Shown: in pieces, positions 39,795 through 48,422 of the stretch
How the letters are laid out: each line of letters starts with the position of its first letter
How positions within the stretch are numbered: position 1 is the first letter of the stretch
NCBI GenBank assembly: GCA_963750165.1
Contig: CAVVPN010000003.1
Coordinates: 2,560,001-2,624,000 of the forward strand
DNA: 64,000 bases
Direction: 5' to 3'
Source of the DNA: an uncultured Gemmataceae bacterium
GTDB lineage: Bacteria > Planctomycetota > Planctomycetia > Gemmatales > Gemmataceae
Program-made: the position numbers and the translations under genes
The notes under the pieces: model-generated
Told to the model about the DNA's origin: nothing
What the model saw: only the letters and a program-made list of their open reading frames with translations
Database searches by the model: none

Positions 39795-41756
39795 TCACGC
39801 CGCCCGGCTGGGCAGTTCGGCCAGACCGCCATCAATAAAGGTATGATGCCAAAGCTGCGTTGCCAACACGCCGACCAGGCCCATCTCCACCGAGGTGCGC
39901 TGGCCGGAGCCGATCCGCAGTCCCGGCAAGCGTTCGCGCCAGTGCCGCACCGCCTCCGCGTCGAAGTAGCCGGCGCGGCGCAGCGACTCCGCGCTGAGCA
40001 GTTGATCGATGAACGGCGGCAGCACGCCGGCGCCGAAAAAGCTGTCGAGCGGGGCGCGGAACATGAGCTTGCGCCGCCGGGCAATCGACGCCGGCAGCCA
40101 GCGCTCCGCCAGGCGCCGCAGCAGGTACTTCTCCTCGAAGCCGCGCAGCTTCCAGCGCGGGTGGACGGGGGCCAGGTAGTCGAACACGTCCTCGTCGAGG
40201 AAGGGATAGCGCGTTTCGACGGACGAGTGCATGGCCACACGGTCGCCCTTGGCGTTGAGCAGGTGGCCCGGCAGGTGGATGCGCATGCCGAAATACAGCG
40301 CCCGGTTGAGCGGGTGCCAGCGGCGGATGCGTCCCGCGTTGATGCCGAGGTCCGCGTAACTGTTGTGCTCCGCGACCGCCTCCAGCACGGCCGGGCTGAA
40401 GAAGCGCAGCTTGTTCAGACTGACCAGACTGTAAAAGTCCATCCAGGCGCTGTGGCCGCCCGCGACTTCATGGACCTTGCGCACCAGGCCCCAGTTCATC
40501 TTCGGGGCACCGTTGAGCCACAGGAACGCCCGCCGCGCCAGCTGGCTGAGGTGCAGCCCCGGCACCATGTCGAGGAAGCCGAGCAGGCGATCCACCTTGA
40601 ACCACGGATAGCCGGCCAGCCATTCGTCGGCGCCCTCGCCGGTCAGCGCCACCTTGTAGCCGTGGGCGTGGACCGCGCGCGCCAGCAGCAGCAGGGCGGT
40701 GCAGCTGGTGTCGATGACCGGGCTCTCCGCGGCGGCGATCAACTCCGGGTAACTGTTCATCACCTCCGCGGCGCCGACGTTGACGACAATCGGCGTCGAG
40801 CCAATGTGCCGGCCGGCGACGGCCGCCTCGGCGGTCTCGTCCAGGTGCGGGTCGTCGATGCGGATGGTGAAGGTCGTGATCGGCTTCCCACGGACATGGC
40901 CGGCCAGGGCCGCGACCGTGGTGGAATCGACCCCGCCGGACAGGTACGACACCACCGGCACGTCCGCCCGCAGCCGTCGCTCCACCGCATGCAACATCAC
41001 CTGCTCGAAGCCGTCCACCAGTCGCCGCTCGTCGCGCTCGGGAGATTCCTTGCCCCGATCCGGAAAGTCGATTTCCCAGTAGGTGTGTTCGCTGAGTTCG
41101 GCCGGCGCGTCGGGGTGGCTGCGGCGCACGCGCAAAAAATGACCGGGCGGTAACAACTGAACCCCGCGGAAGCAGGTGTACGGCCCTGGCTGGGCCATGA
41201 AGGTGAACAGGTGATTGATGCCGAGCAGGTCCGGCTCCACGTTGACCATGCCGGAGGCGAGCAGGGCGCGGATTTCGGAGCCGAACAGCAGCCAGTCGCC
41301 CTGCTGCGTCCAGTACAGCGGACAGATACCGAAGCGGTCGCGGCCCAGCAACAATTGCTGCTGCCGCTCGTCCCAGAGGGCGACCGCGAACTGGCCGCGC
41401 AGCCGCGCGAACAGGTCGGCGTCGTGGTCCTCGTACAGGTGCGGCAGCAGTTCGGTGTCGCAGTGCGTGACGAAACGGTGGCCACGAGCCTCAAGCAGCT
41501 TGCGCTGTTCAGGATAGTCGAAGAGTTCGCCGTTGAAGACGACCGCGACGCTGCGGTCCTCGTTGAAGAGCGGCTGCCGGCCGTCCGCCAGGCCAACGAT
41601 GCTGAGGCGGCGGTTGGCCAGCGCCACGCCGGGGGCGGTGAAATAGCCGTCCTCGTCGGGGCCGCGGTGGACGATGCTCTCGGCCATGGCCCGCAGCACG
41701 CCGCCCGGCACTGTCCGCCCGCCCGCCAGGTCCATCAGCCCCGCAATGCCGCACAT
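39795..41756 (-). CDS. asnB: Asparagine synthase (glutamine-hydrolysing) family amidotransferase
   Basis: MCGIAG; HRGPD; RRLSI; NGEL; LSGGVDS; LTGEGADE; ETRYPFLD. Confidence 0.93.
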   Translation of the reverse strand: MCGIAGLMDLAGGRTVPGGVLRAMAESIVHRGPDEDGYFTAPGVALANRRLSIVGLADGRQPLFNEDRSVAVVFNGELFDYPEQRKLLEARGHRFVTHCDTELLPHLYEDHDADLFARLRGQFAVALWDERQQQLLLGRDRFGICPLYWTQQGDWLLFGSEIRALLASGMVNVEPDLLGINHLFTFMAQPGPYTCFRGVQLLPPGHFLRVRRSHPDAPAELSEHTYWEIDFPDRGKESPERDERRLVDGFEQVMLHAVERRLRADVPVVSYLSGGVDSTTVAALAGHVRGKPITTFTIRIDDPHLDETAEAAVAGRHIGSTPIVVNVGAAEVMNSYPELIAAAESPVIDTSCTALLLLARAVHAHGYKVALTGEGADEWLAGYPWFKVDRLLGFLDMVPGLHLSQLARRAFLWLNGAPKMNWGLVRKVHEVAGGHSAWMDFYSLVSLNKLRFFSPAVLEAVAEHNSYADLGINAGRIRRWHPLNRALYFGMRIHLPGHLLNAKGDRVAMHSSVETRYPFLDEDVFDYLAPVHPRWKLRGFEEKYLLRRLAERWLPASIARRRKLMFRAPLDSFFGAGVLPPFIDQLLSAESLRRAGYFDAEAVRHWRERLPGLRIGSGQRTSVEMGLVGVLATQLWHHTFIDGGLAELPSRAA

Positions 41757-42089
41757 GGAACCGCCCTCGACTGCGAAACGCCTTGCTCACTTTCCCAATT
41801 TTACCAGCTTGCCGCAAAAAGCCGACCTGGAGTTGACCGGAAAACGGTTCGCAGGCGCCGCGCGGGCCGGCACAGGCGGCAGGCAAGAACGAACTGAGCG
41901 CACGGGTGGTTGCCGTGCGCGAGCAATCAACTTCCTGATTTTCCATTTTTCTCTTGTCGAGTCCGCTGCCGTCCATTACAAAGATACCGTCCCGCTGGGT
42001 GGTGACTTCGGTGACTGGGCGACGCCGAGGGAATCAACAGCGGGACATTTTTTTTTCACGATCATGGCACATCGCTTGCACTTCCACCA

Positions 42090-42207
42090 AGCGGTTCCCA
42101 GTCGCGTGGACCACAAGTCGTGGGACGGCTCTGGAGAGCCGTCGGGAGAAGGCTGACGGCTCTCCAGAGCCGTCCCACGACTTGTGCGCTACCAAACGCG
42201 AACCGCT
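42090..42207. mobile_element. MITE-like element, copy 2, containing a REP doublet
   Basis: AGCGGTTC...GAACCGCT termini. Inner perfect 32-bp arms cacaagtcgtgggacggctctggagagccgtc / gacggctctccagagccgtcccacgacttgtg. Confidence 0.75.
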
Positions 42208-42360
42208 GCCCTGACAAAAAGCCGCCCACCTGATGGGCTGTTCAGAGGCGGCGCGATTTTCATGATCTCTGGGTGAACCCCAAGTCATGACGACTCTAAC
42301 AACGAGAAAAGGCACCCCCTTCTGCCTGGCTGAAACTGTTCGAGAAGGACGAATCAGGCC

Positions 42361-42940
42361 ATGGTTGGCGCCGTGGAAGCAGTACCATCCCTGAAGCGGC
42401 CCCTCCGTGTCCTGGTGGTCGATGACAACCGGGACGCCGCGGATAGCCTGGCCACGCTGCTGGGGTTGTGGGGATACGACTATCGCGTGGCCTACGACGG
42501 CGCAACTGGCTGGGAAGTTGCTTGCGCATACCGGCCGGATTGTCTGCTGCTTGACATCCGGATGCCGGGCCTGGACGGTTACACCCTGGCCCAGCGCGTC
42601 CGCCAGCACCCGGACCTGAACAAGGCGAAACTGGTGGCGCTGACGGCGTACTCGGACGAGACGCACGACCGCCTCGCCCAGGAGGCTGGCTTTGACTATC
42701 GCCTGGTGAAGACCGCGGATCCTTCCGAGATAGAAAGGCTTCTCCATATGCTGAACGAACTCATGAAATTGGCCGGTCGGACGGAAGAACTGGCGCAAGA
42801 ACGTCAGCCTCGCCAGTGAGACCAAGGAACTCCTCCAAGAGGTCAAGCAGGACATCCGCGAGGTCAAGGAGGAGGTCAAGGAACTCAAGGAGGATCTACG
42901 CGAGGTCAAGGAGGGCAAGATCCAGGAGCGCCAGGAGTGA
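42361..42940 (+). CDS. Response regulator receiver with heptad coiled-coil tail; frameshift at ~42799
   Basis: RVLVVDDN...LLDIRMPGLDG...VALTAY...LVK. The second frame continues NVSLASETKELLQEVKQDIREVKEEVKELKEDLREVKEG to TGA at 42938-42940. Confidence 0.82.
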
Positions 42941-42984
42941 AGACACGGGCGCCACCGCCCAGTAATTCCCGGGACGAAGCCGGT

Positions 42985-43863
42985 TCAGTCGATGATCTTG
43001 TTCAGTGGATACTCGACGATGCCGCGCGCCCCGGCCTGCTTCAGCGCCGGCACGATGTGCCGTACCGTGTTCTCGTCCAAAATGGTGTTGACGGCCACCC
43101 ACTCCAGGTCCGACAGCGACGATACCGTTGGCTTTTGCAACGCCGGCAGGATGCGTAGCACCGCCGGCAGGTCCGCCTGGCGCACGTTCAGCATCAGGCC
43201 GACCTTGCCCTCCGCGGCCATCGCCCCCTGTAGCATCAGGATCAGGTCGGCCATCTTCTGCCGCTTCCACGGGTCCGCCTGGGCCCGCTCGTTGCAGATG
43301 AAGCGCGTCGTGCTCTGCAGCAGTTCGCAGACGATGCGCAGGTTGTTGGCTCTGAGCGAACTGCCCGTCTCGGTCACCTCGACGATGGCGTCCGCCAACC
43401 GCGGCGGTTTGACCTCGGTGGCGCCCCAGCTGAACTCCACCTGCGCCGTCACGCCGTGCTGCGCCAGCCAGCGCCGCGTCAGCCCGACCACCTCCGTGGC
43501 GATGCGCTTGCCTTGCAAGTCCTGGACGCTGTGAATCGGCGAATCGTCCGGCACCGCCAGCACCCAGCGCACCGGCCGCCGGCTTACCTTGCTGAAAACC
43601 AGCTCCGCCAGCTCGATCACCTTTGCTTCATTCTCCAGAATCCAGTCGTGACCGGTCAGGCCGCAGTCGAGCGAGCCGTCCTGGACGTAGCGCGGCATCT
43701 CCTGGGCGCGGATCAGCGTGCAGTGCAATTCGGGGTCGTCGATGCTGGGGTAATAACTGCGACTGGTGAAGGTGATTTTGTAGCCGGCCCTGCGGAACAA
43801 CTCGCCCGTGGCCTCCTGCAAACTGCCCGCGGGAATGCCGAGTTTGAGCACCGGATCGTTCAT
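42985..43863 (-). CDS. hisG: ATP phosphoribosyltransferase (long form)
   Basis: [48 protein letters not shown]-terminal regulatory domain. Confidence 0.96.
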   Translation of the reverse strand: MNDPVLKLGIPAGSLQEATGELFRRAGYKITFTSRSYYPSIDDPELHCTLIRAQEMPRYVQDGSLDCGLTGHDWILENEAKVIELAELVFSKVSRRPVRWVLAVPDDSPIHSVQDLQGKRIATEVVGLTRRWLAQHGVTAQVEFSWGATEVKPPRLADAIVEVTETGSSLRANNLRIVCELLQSTTRFICNERAQADPWKRQKMADLILMLQGAMAAEGKVGLMLNVRQADLPAVLRILPALQKPTVSSLSDLEWVAVNTILDENTVRHIVPALKQAGARGIVEYPLNKIID

Positions 43864-44234
43864 TTCTTGTAAACCTGCTTCGGGTCAAAGATGCGTTCGC
43901 CGACCGTGCGCAGCCCGCCCGGTGTCACCTCGCGGAAGAAACAGCTCCGGAAGCCCTCGTGGCACGCCGCCCCGCCGATCTGATGCACCTTGAGCAGAAT
44001 GGTGTCCGCGTCGCAGTCGAGGAAGACGCCGCGCACCTCCTGAACGTGGCCGCTCTCCTCGCCCTTGCGCCAGAGTTTGCCGCGGCTGCGGCTGAAGTAG
44101 CACGCCCGACCGGTGCGCAGCGTCTCCTCATAGGCCTCGCGGTTCATCCAGGCCAGCATCAGCACTTCGCCGGTGTCCGCGTCCTGGGCGACCGCCGGGA
44201 GCAGACCGCCGGCCTTCTCGAAGTCGGGGGTCAT
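43860..44234 (-). CDS. hisI: Phosphoribosyl-AMP cyclohydrolase
   Basis: [40 protein letters not shown]. Confidence 0.96.
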   Translation of the reverse strand: MTPDFEKAGGLLPAVAQDADTGEVLMLAWMNREAYEETLRTGRACYFSRSRGKLWRKGEESGHVQEVRGVFLDCDADTILLKVHQIGGAACHEGFRSCFFREVTPGGLRTVGERIFDPKQVYKK

Positions 44235-44247
44235 GGGGAACCTCTTC

Positions 44248-44331
44248 GGATGAGGGGGTGAGGGGTGAAGGGGTGAGGGGGTGAAAACAGACTCTGTCTT
44301 GTCACCCCCTCACCCCTTCACCCCCTCATCC
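44248..44331. repeat. Inverted pair of 7-8-nt tandem repeats (TGAGGGGG/TGAAGGGG)
   Basis: ggatgagggggtgaggggtgaaggggtgagggggtga-N17-tcaccccctcaccccttcaccccctcatcc. Confidence 0.85.
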
Positions 44332-44332
44332 T

Positions 44333-44845
44333 TTAGAACTTGATCAAACTGAACACCTCATACGGCCGCAGCCGTTCGCGGCCCTTGAGGAACTCCAGCT
44401 CCACCAGCACGACGCAGCCCATCGCCCGGCCGCCGCTCTTCTCGATCAGCTGGCAGCCGGCCACCAGAGTGCCGCCGGTTGCCAACAGGTCATCGACCAG
44501 CAGCACCCGCGCCCCCTTCGTGATGCCGTCGATGTGGATGTGCAGTTCGGCGCTGCCGTACTCCAGGTCGTACTGCAGCGCGTGCGTGCGATAGGGCAGT
44601 TTGCCGGGCTTGCGCAGCGGCACCAGCGGCTTGCGCAGCGCCAGCGCCAGCGGTGCGGCGAACAGGAAGCCGCGTGCCTCCGCTGCGGCGATGGCATCCA
44701 CCCCCTTGTCGGTGTAGTGCTCCGCCATGCGGCGGATGGCATCGGCGAACGCGGCTGGCTCGCTCAGCAGCGGCGTTATGTCCTTGAAAAGGATGCCGGG
44801 TTTCGGAAAATCAGGAACGTCACGGATGTACTTCGCCAGGTCCAT
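44333..44845 (-). CDS. apt: Adenine phosphoribosyltransferase
   Basis: IRDVPDFPKPGILFKDIT; EARGF; RKPGKLP; YDLEYG; VDDLLATGGT. Confidence 0.97.
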   Translation of the reverse strand: MDLAKYIRDVPDFPKPGILFKDITPLLSEPAAFADAIRRMAEHYTDKGVDAIAAAEARGFLFAAPLALALRKPLVPLRKPGKLPYRTHALQYDLEYGSAELHIHIDGITKGARVLLVDDLLATGGTLVAGCQLIEKSGGRAMGCVVLVELEFLKGRERLRPYEVFSLIKF

Positions 44846-44906
44846 CGAAAAACCCTTTCCGCTGCGTTTCGGGACAGGATACGAGGAACCCCCAGGTAAA
44901 GCAACC

Positions 44907-45368
44907 ATGCCGCTGACCATCCGCCCCGCCACTCGGAACGACTTCACCGAGATCGCCATGTGCAACAGCCGCCTCGCCGAGGAGACGGAAGGCAAACTGC
45001 TCGACCTGAACGTGCTGTTGCCGGGGGTATGCGCGCTGCTCGCCGACCCAGCCAGGGGCCGGTACTTCCTCGCCGACGAGGACGGGGTGGTTTGCGGCCA
45101 GCTGGGCGTCACCTACGAGTGGAGCGACTGGCGCAACGGCTGGTTCTGGTGGATCCAGAGCGTGTACGTGAAGCCGGAGTACCGCGGCCGCGGCGTCTTC
45201 CGCATGCTCTTCGAGCACGTCTCAGCGGCGGCGCGGGCGGAGCCGGACGTGATCGGCCTGCGGCTGTACGTGGAGCAGGAGAACGCCGGCGCCCGGGAAG
45301 TGTATCGGCGGCTGGGCATGACCGAGACGGGCTATCGGCTGCTGGAGTTGTATCCGCTGCCGCGCTGA
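44907..45368 (+). CDS. GNAT family N-acetyltransferase
   Basis: YEWSDWRNGWFWWIQSVYVKPEYRGRGV...LRLYVEQENAGAREVYRRLG. Confidence 0.92.
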   Translation: MPLTIRPATRNDFTEIAMCNSRLAEETEGKLLDLNVLLPGVCALLADPARGRYFLADEDGVVCGQLGVTYEWSDWRNGWFWWIQSVYVKPEYRGRGVFRMLFEHVSAAARAEPDVIGLRLYVEQENAGAREVYRRLGMTETGYRLLELYPLPR

Positions 45369-45439
45369 CCCCTGATACCGAATCGCCCTGGCGCTCGGGC
45401 TCCGACCAACCACGACCATTCATGGCGATCTCGTATGAG

Positions 45440-46246
45440 TCAGCGCACCGCGATCTGCGTCCGCCGCAGGTCCGCCGCCTTGACGCCGAGCACGTCCAGG
45501 ACCGGCTGATACACCTCATGCAGATACATGTCCTCGTCAAAGATGTGCAGGTCCTTGATGGCCTGGACACGGCGGCCGCTGTCCGCGAGCAGATGCACCG
45601 CCGGCATCCGGAAGCCGAGCAGCACGCGCCGCAGTTGCTCCAGCGTCTCCGTGCGGTCCAGTTCCAGGAACACCTGCACAATGCTGCGGTAGAAGGCGTG
45701 GTGGGCACGCTCGTCCACGGCGATGTACTGCAACAGCGTCGCCAGGGCCGGGTCGCCGTGGACCAGCACGCGCTCGCGCAAATTGCGGTAGTGCAGCCAG
45801 GTCGCCAGTTCCTGCACCGCCGCGTAAATCAGCATCGCCTGCGGGCTGTCGTGCGGGGGCTCCCACTCCTTCTGGAAGACCATGTCCTCCAGGTCGGCCA
45901 TCTGCTCCTCGGAGCGCAGGCCGGAGCGCAGCAGCCAGTCGCCCAGGGCCAGCGAGTGCCGCGACTCTTCGTAGCCCCAGTTGGCGTGGAACCAGGACCA
46001 ACCCTGGTTGCTGCGGATCATCGGCAGCGCCTTGGCGATGTAGTCCGGCAGGTACATTTCCACGGCACAGAACGACTCGACCACGTCCGCGATGGCCGGG
46101 TCCATCGAGCGGTTGACCTGGTCCCAGGGGATGTCGTCGCGGATCGACCAGCGGCGTTTTTTCTCGGCGAGGTCGAAGAACTGGCGGTACATCTGGCTGA
46201 ACCGTCGGCGGAGCGTGGGGTCGTCCGGGCGGAGTGTGGTGGACAT
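45440..46246 (-). CDS. Soluble acyl-ACP desaturase (ferritin-like di-iron)
   Basis: AVEMYLPDY; WGYEESRH; QELATWLHY; IAVDERAHHAFY; FRMPA. Confidence 0.88.
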   Translation of the reverse strand: MSTTLRPDDPTLRRRFSQMYRQFFDLAEKKRRWSIRDDIPWDQVNRSMDPAIADVVESFCAVEMYLPDYIAKALPMIRSNQGWSWFHANWGYEESRHSLALGDWLLRSGLRSEEQMADLEDMVFQKEWEPPHDSPQAMLIYAAVQELATWLHYRNLRERVLVHGDPALATLLQYIAVDERAHHAFYRSIVQVFLELDRTETLEQLRRVLLGFRMPAVHLLADSGRRVQAIKDLHIFDEDMYLHEVYQPVLDVLGVKAADLRRTQIAVR

Positions 46247-46272
46247 TCCTGAGCACTCCTTGTAAGTCGAGG

Positions 46273-47169
46273 TCAGCCGGCCAGTTTCGTGGGGGAGGGT
46301 TTGCGAATGTCCCAGACCAGGCCGCACAGGCCCAGCAGGCGGATCACGTAATAGCTCACGTCGATTTCCCACCAGAAGAAGCCCTGACGGGCCGCACTCT
46401 GGCAGTGGTGGTGGTTGTTGTGCCAGCCCTCGCCGAGCGTAATCAGGGCCACGAACAGGTTGTTGCGGCTGGCGTCGGTGGTGCGGTAGCGCCGGTTGCC
46501 GAACAGGTGGCACAGCGAGTTCACGGCGAAGGTGGCGTGGTAGACCAGGATCGTGCTGATGATGAAGCCCCAGACCAGGCCGCTCCAGTCGCCGACCAGG
46601 AAGCAGACAATCGCCACCAGCAGACCGGGCAGCCAGTGCACGCGGTTGAGCCAGCGCAGTTCGGGGAAGCGCAGCCAGTCGCGGACCATGCCGAAGTCGG
46701 TGCGCTCGTGGCCGCCGCTCAGGATCCAGCCCATGTGCGACCACCAGAAGTTGCTGCGAATCGGCGAGTGCGGGTCGGCGGCGGTGTCGGAATGGCGGTG
46801 GTGCTGGCGATGGTGGGCGGTCCACCACAGCGGTCCCTTCTGCATGGCGCTGCAGCCGAGCCAGGCCAACAGCGCCTGAAAGACGCGACTGGTTTTGAAG
46901 GACCGGTGCGAGAAATAGCGATGGTAGCCGGCGGTGATGCCAAACATGCGCACGAGGTAAAAACCGGCGCAGAGCACCAGGGCGGTCGGGGTCACCGGCA
47001 CGAAGAACACGGCCAGACACGCCACGTGTAACGTGAAGAAGGGCAGGCTGCGTGCCAGGAACTGGCAGCCGTGCCAGGTCCCAGAACGGCGCGGACGCCG
47101 GAGAGCTGGCGTCGGTTCCGTCGGGAGAGAAGCAGTGTGGATGGATGGCTCCTTGTGCTGCAGCGTCAT
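46273..47169 (-). CDS. Membrane delta-9 acyl-CoA/lipid desaturase
   Basis: His boxes GYHRYFSH, HRQHHRHSD and GEGWHNNHH; WWEID. Confidence 0.94.
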   Translation of the reverse strand: MTLQHKEPSIHTASLPTEPTPALRRPRRSGTWHGCQFLARSLPFFTLHVACLAVFFVPVTPTALVLCAGFYLVRMFGITAGYHRYFSHRSFKTSRVFQALLAWLGCSAMQKGPLWWTAHHRQHHRHSDTAADPHSPIRSNFWWSHMGWILSGGHERTDFGMVRDWLRFPELRWLNRVHWLPGLLVAIVCFLVGDWSGLVWGFIISTILVYHATFAVNSLCHLFGNRRYRTTDASRNNLFVALITLGEGWHNNHHHCQSAARQGFFWWEIDVSYYVIRLLGLCGLVWDIRKPSPTKLAG

Positions 47170-47372
47170 GGGGTGGGGCGCGGCTGGTTGCGGGCCTTGC
47201 GAATGGCGCTCTGCTTGCGCAGTTCAGCCCGGCGTCGAACCTCACACGGCTTCTCGTAGTGCTTGCGCTTCCGCAGTTCCTTTTGCAGACCACTGCGCTC
47301 CAGCAATTTCTTGAAGCGCCGCAGCGCTGCGCCGATCGGTTCCCGGTCATGAACACGCATTCGCAGAGGCAT
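47166..47372 (-). CDS. rpsU: 30S ribosomal protein bS21
   Basis: GAGGAG RBS; EPIGAALRRFKK...LRKRKHYEKPCEVRRR; ATGA overlap with the desaturase start. Confidence 0.95.
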   Translation of the reverse strand: MPLRMRVHDREPIGAALRRFKKLLERSGLQKELRKRKHYEKPCEVRRRAELRKQSAIRKARNQPRPTP

Positions 47373-47511
47373 AAGGTCTCCTCAACTTCAGGCCGTTCCA
47401 CTCACCACCCGGTCAGTTTACTACCGGTTTGTTAAAAAATCCAGAGGCGTGGACAAAAAAACGACACCCAGGAAAGACGTACTCCGTCTCTCCTGGGGGC
47501 TTGCCACTGGA

Positions 47512-47540
47512 ACTATAGCAGATGGATTCGGCGCCGTCCA
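47512..47540 (-). promoter_or_regulatory. sigma70-type promoter of the rpsU operon
   Basis: Minus strand TGGACG-N17-TATAGT with extended -10 TGn. Confidence 0.6.
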
Positions 47541-47593
47541 GTCCGCGAACATGGCCCGGAGTGCCTGCGGAATGAGGCGGCGCGTGCGGAGCC

Positions 47594-47672
47594 GTGTGCC
47601 ACTGCCTGGCCGCCCTGCTGAATCTGGATGCAGGTGCTGGAGATTTCGCGGGGCGGCCAGGCAGTGGCACAC
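47594..47672. repeat. 22-bp-arm inverted repeat (REP-like)
   Basis: gtgtgccactgcctggccgccc ... gggcggccaggcagtggcacac. Confidence 0.8.
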
Positions 47673-47720
47673 TCCAACACCCGCTGCCAATTTCGAGAGG
47701 AACACCTGGGCGGCTTCACC

Positions 47721-48286
47721 TCAAACGACAGGCACTCCCAGGTCGGCCCAGGCGGGGTCGGCGGCCTGGGGACTGGCGAAGGCGCGGAAGGGTCGGGCCA
47801 GCTGGCGCAGCGCGGCGCCGGGCAAATCGACCGTGCCCCACTTCGGACTGCGGACGCGCATGGCGGCGCGGTAGGCGGCGACCTCGACGGCGCGGAGCAG
47901 GTAACGACGACCGCGCCATTCCCACAAATCCCCAAGGTCCGCCGCGGGTTCGACATCGCCGGCCAGCTCGTAGACGAACACCAGCAGCGCCCGCGCCCGG
48001 CGCCGAAGGCGTCGGCCCAGCGCTGCAGATCGGCCACGTCCGCGGCGGTGGACCAGCACTCCCAGACGCGGCGCGGCCGTTGTCGCGGCCCGGCGGGGAA
48101 GCGGCGGCCCTTGACATCGAGCACCAGCCGCAGGTCGTCGGCGGGGTCGCAGACGATGAAGTCAAGGTTCTTGATGGGGGCCGCTCCCAGGACGGTGCGG
48201 CGCTGCTCGTTGACGGCGACGTAAGCGTAGCGGTGCTGGCGCAGGAACGCTTCAAAGGCGGCTTCGTAGCGGTTGCTGCGGTCCAT
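47721..48286 (-). CDS. HYExAFE family protein (PD-(D/E)XK-like); frameshift at ~47997
   Basis: MDRSNRYEAAFEAFLR; KNLDFIV; LDVKGRRFP; WECW; then, in a second frame, ALLVFVY...RSPKWGTVDL. Confidence 0.8.
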
Positions 48287-48303
48287 CGCCCACCCCCTTC
48301 GGG

Positions 48304-48422
48304 GGAGTCATTAGTCATTAGTCATCAGTCATTAGTTATCTGGTTCTCTGTCTCGGGCAAATGTTCAGCCTGGAGAGGCGGCCCAGATAACTAATGACTG
48401 ATGACTAATGACTAATGACTCC
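48304..48422. repeat. Perfect 40-bp inverted repeat built of GTCATTA heptamers, overlapping the hisS stop
   Basis: ggagtcattagtcattagtcatcagtcattagttatctgg (48304-48343) and its exact reverse complement (48383-48422). Confidence 0.92.

Noticed and set aside
39795..41756. Lasso peptide cyclase
   Set aside because: Intact N-terminal Cys glutaminase domain (MCGI); no B protein or precursor nearby.
45440..47401. 653-aa ORF as a single fusion protein
   Set aside because: Its first ~385 codons overlap rpsU and the membrane desaturase in another frame; the ferritin-like gene has its own RBS and ATG at 46246.
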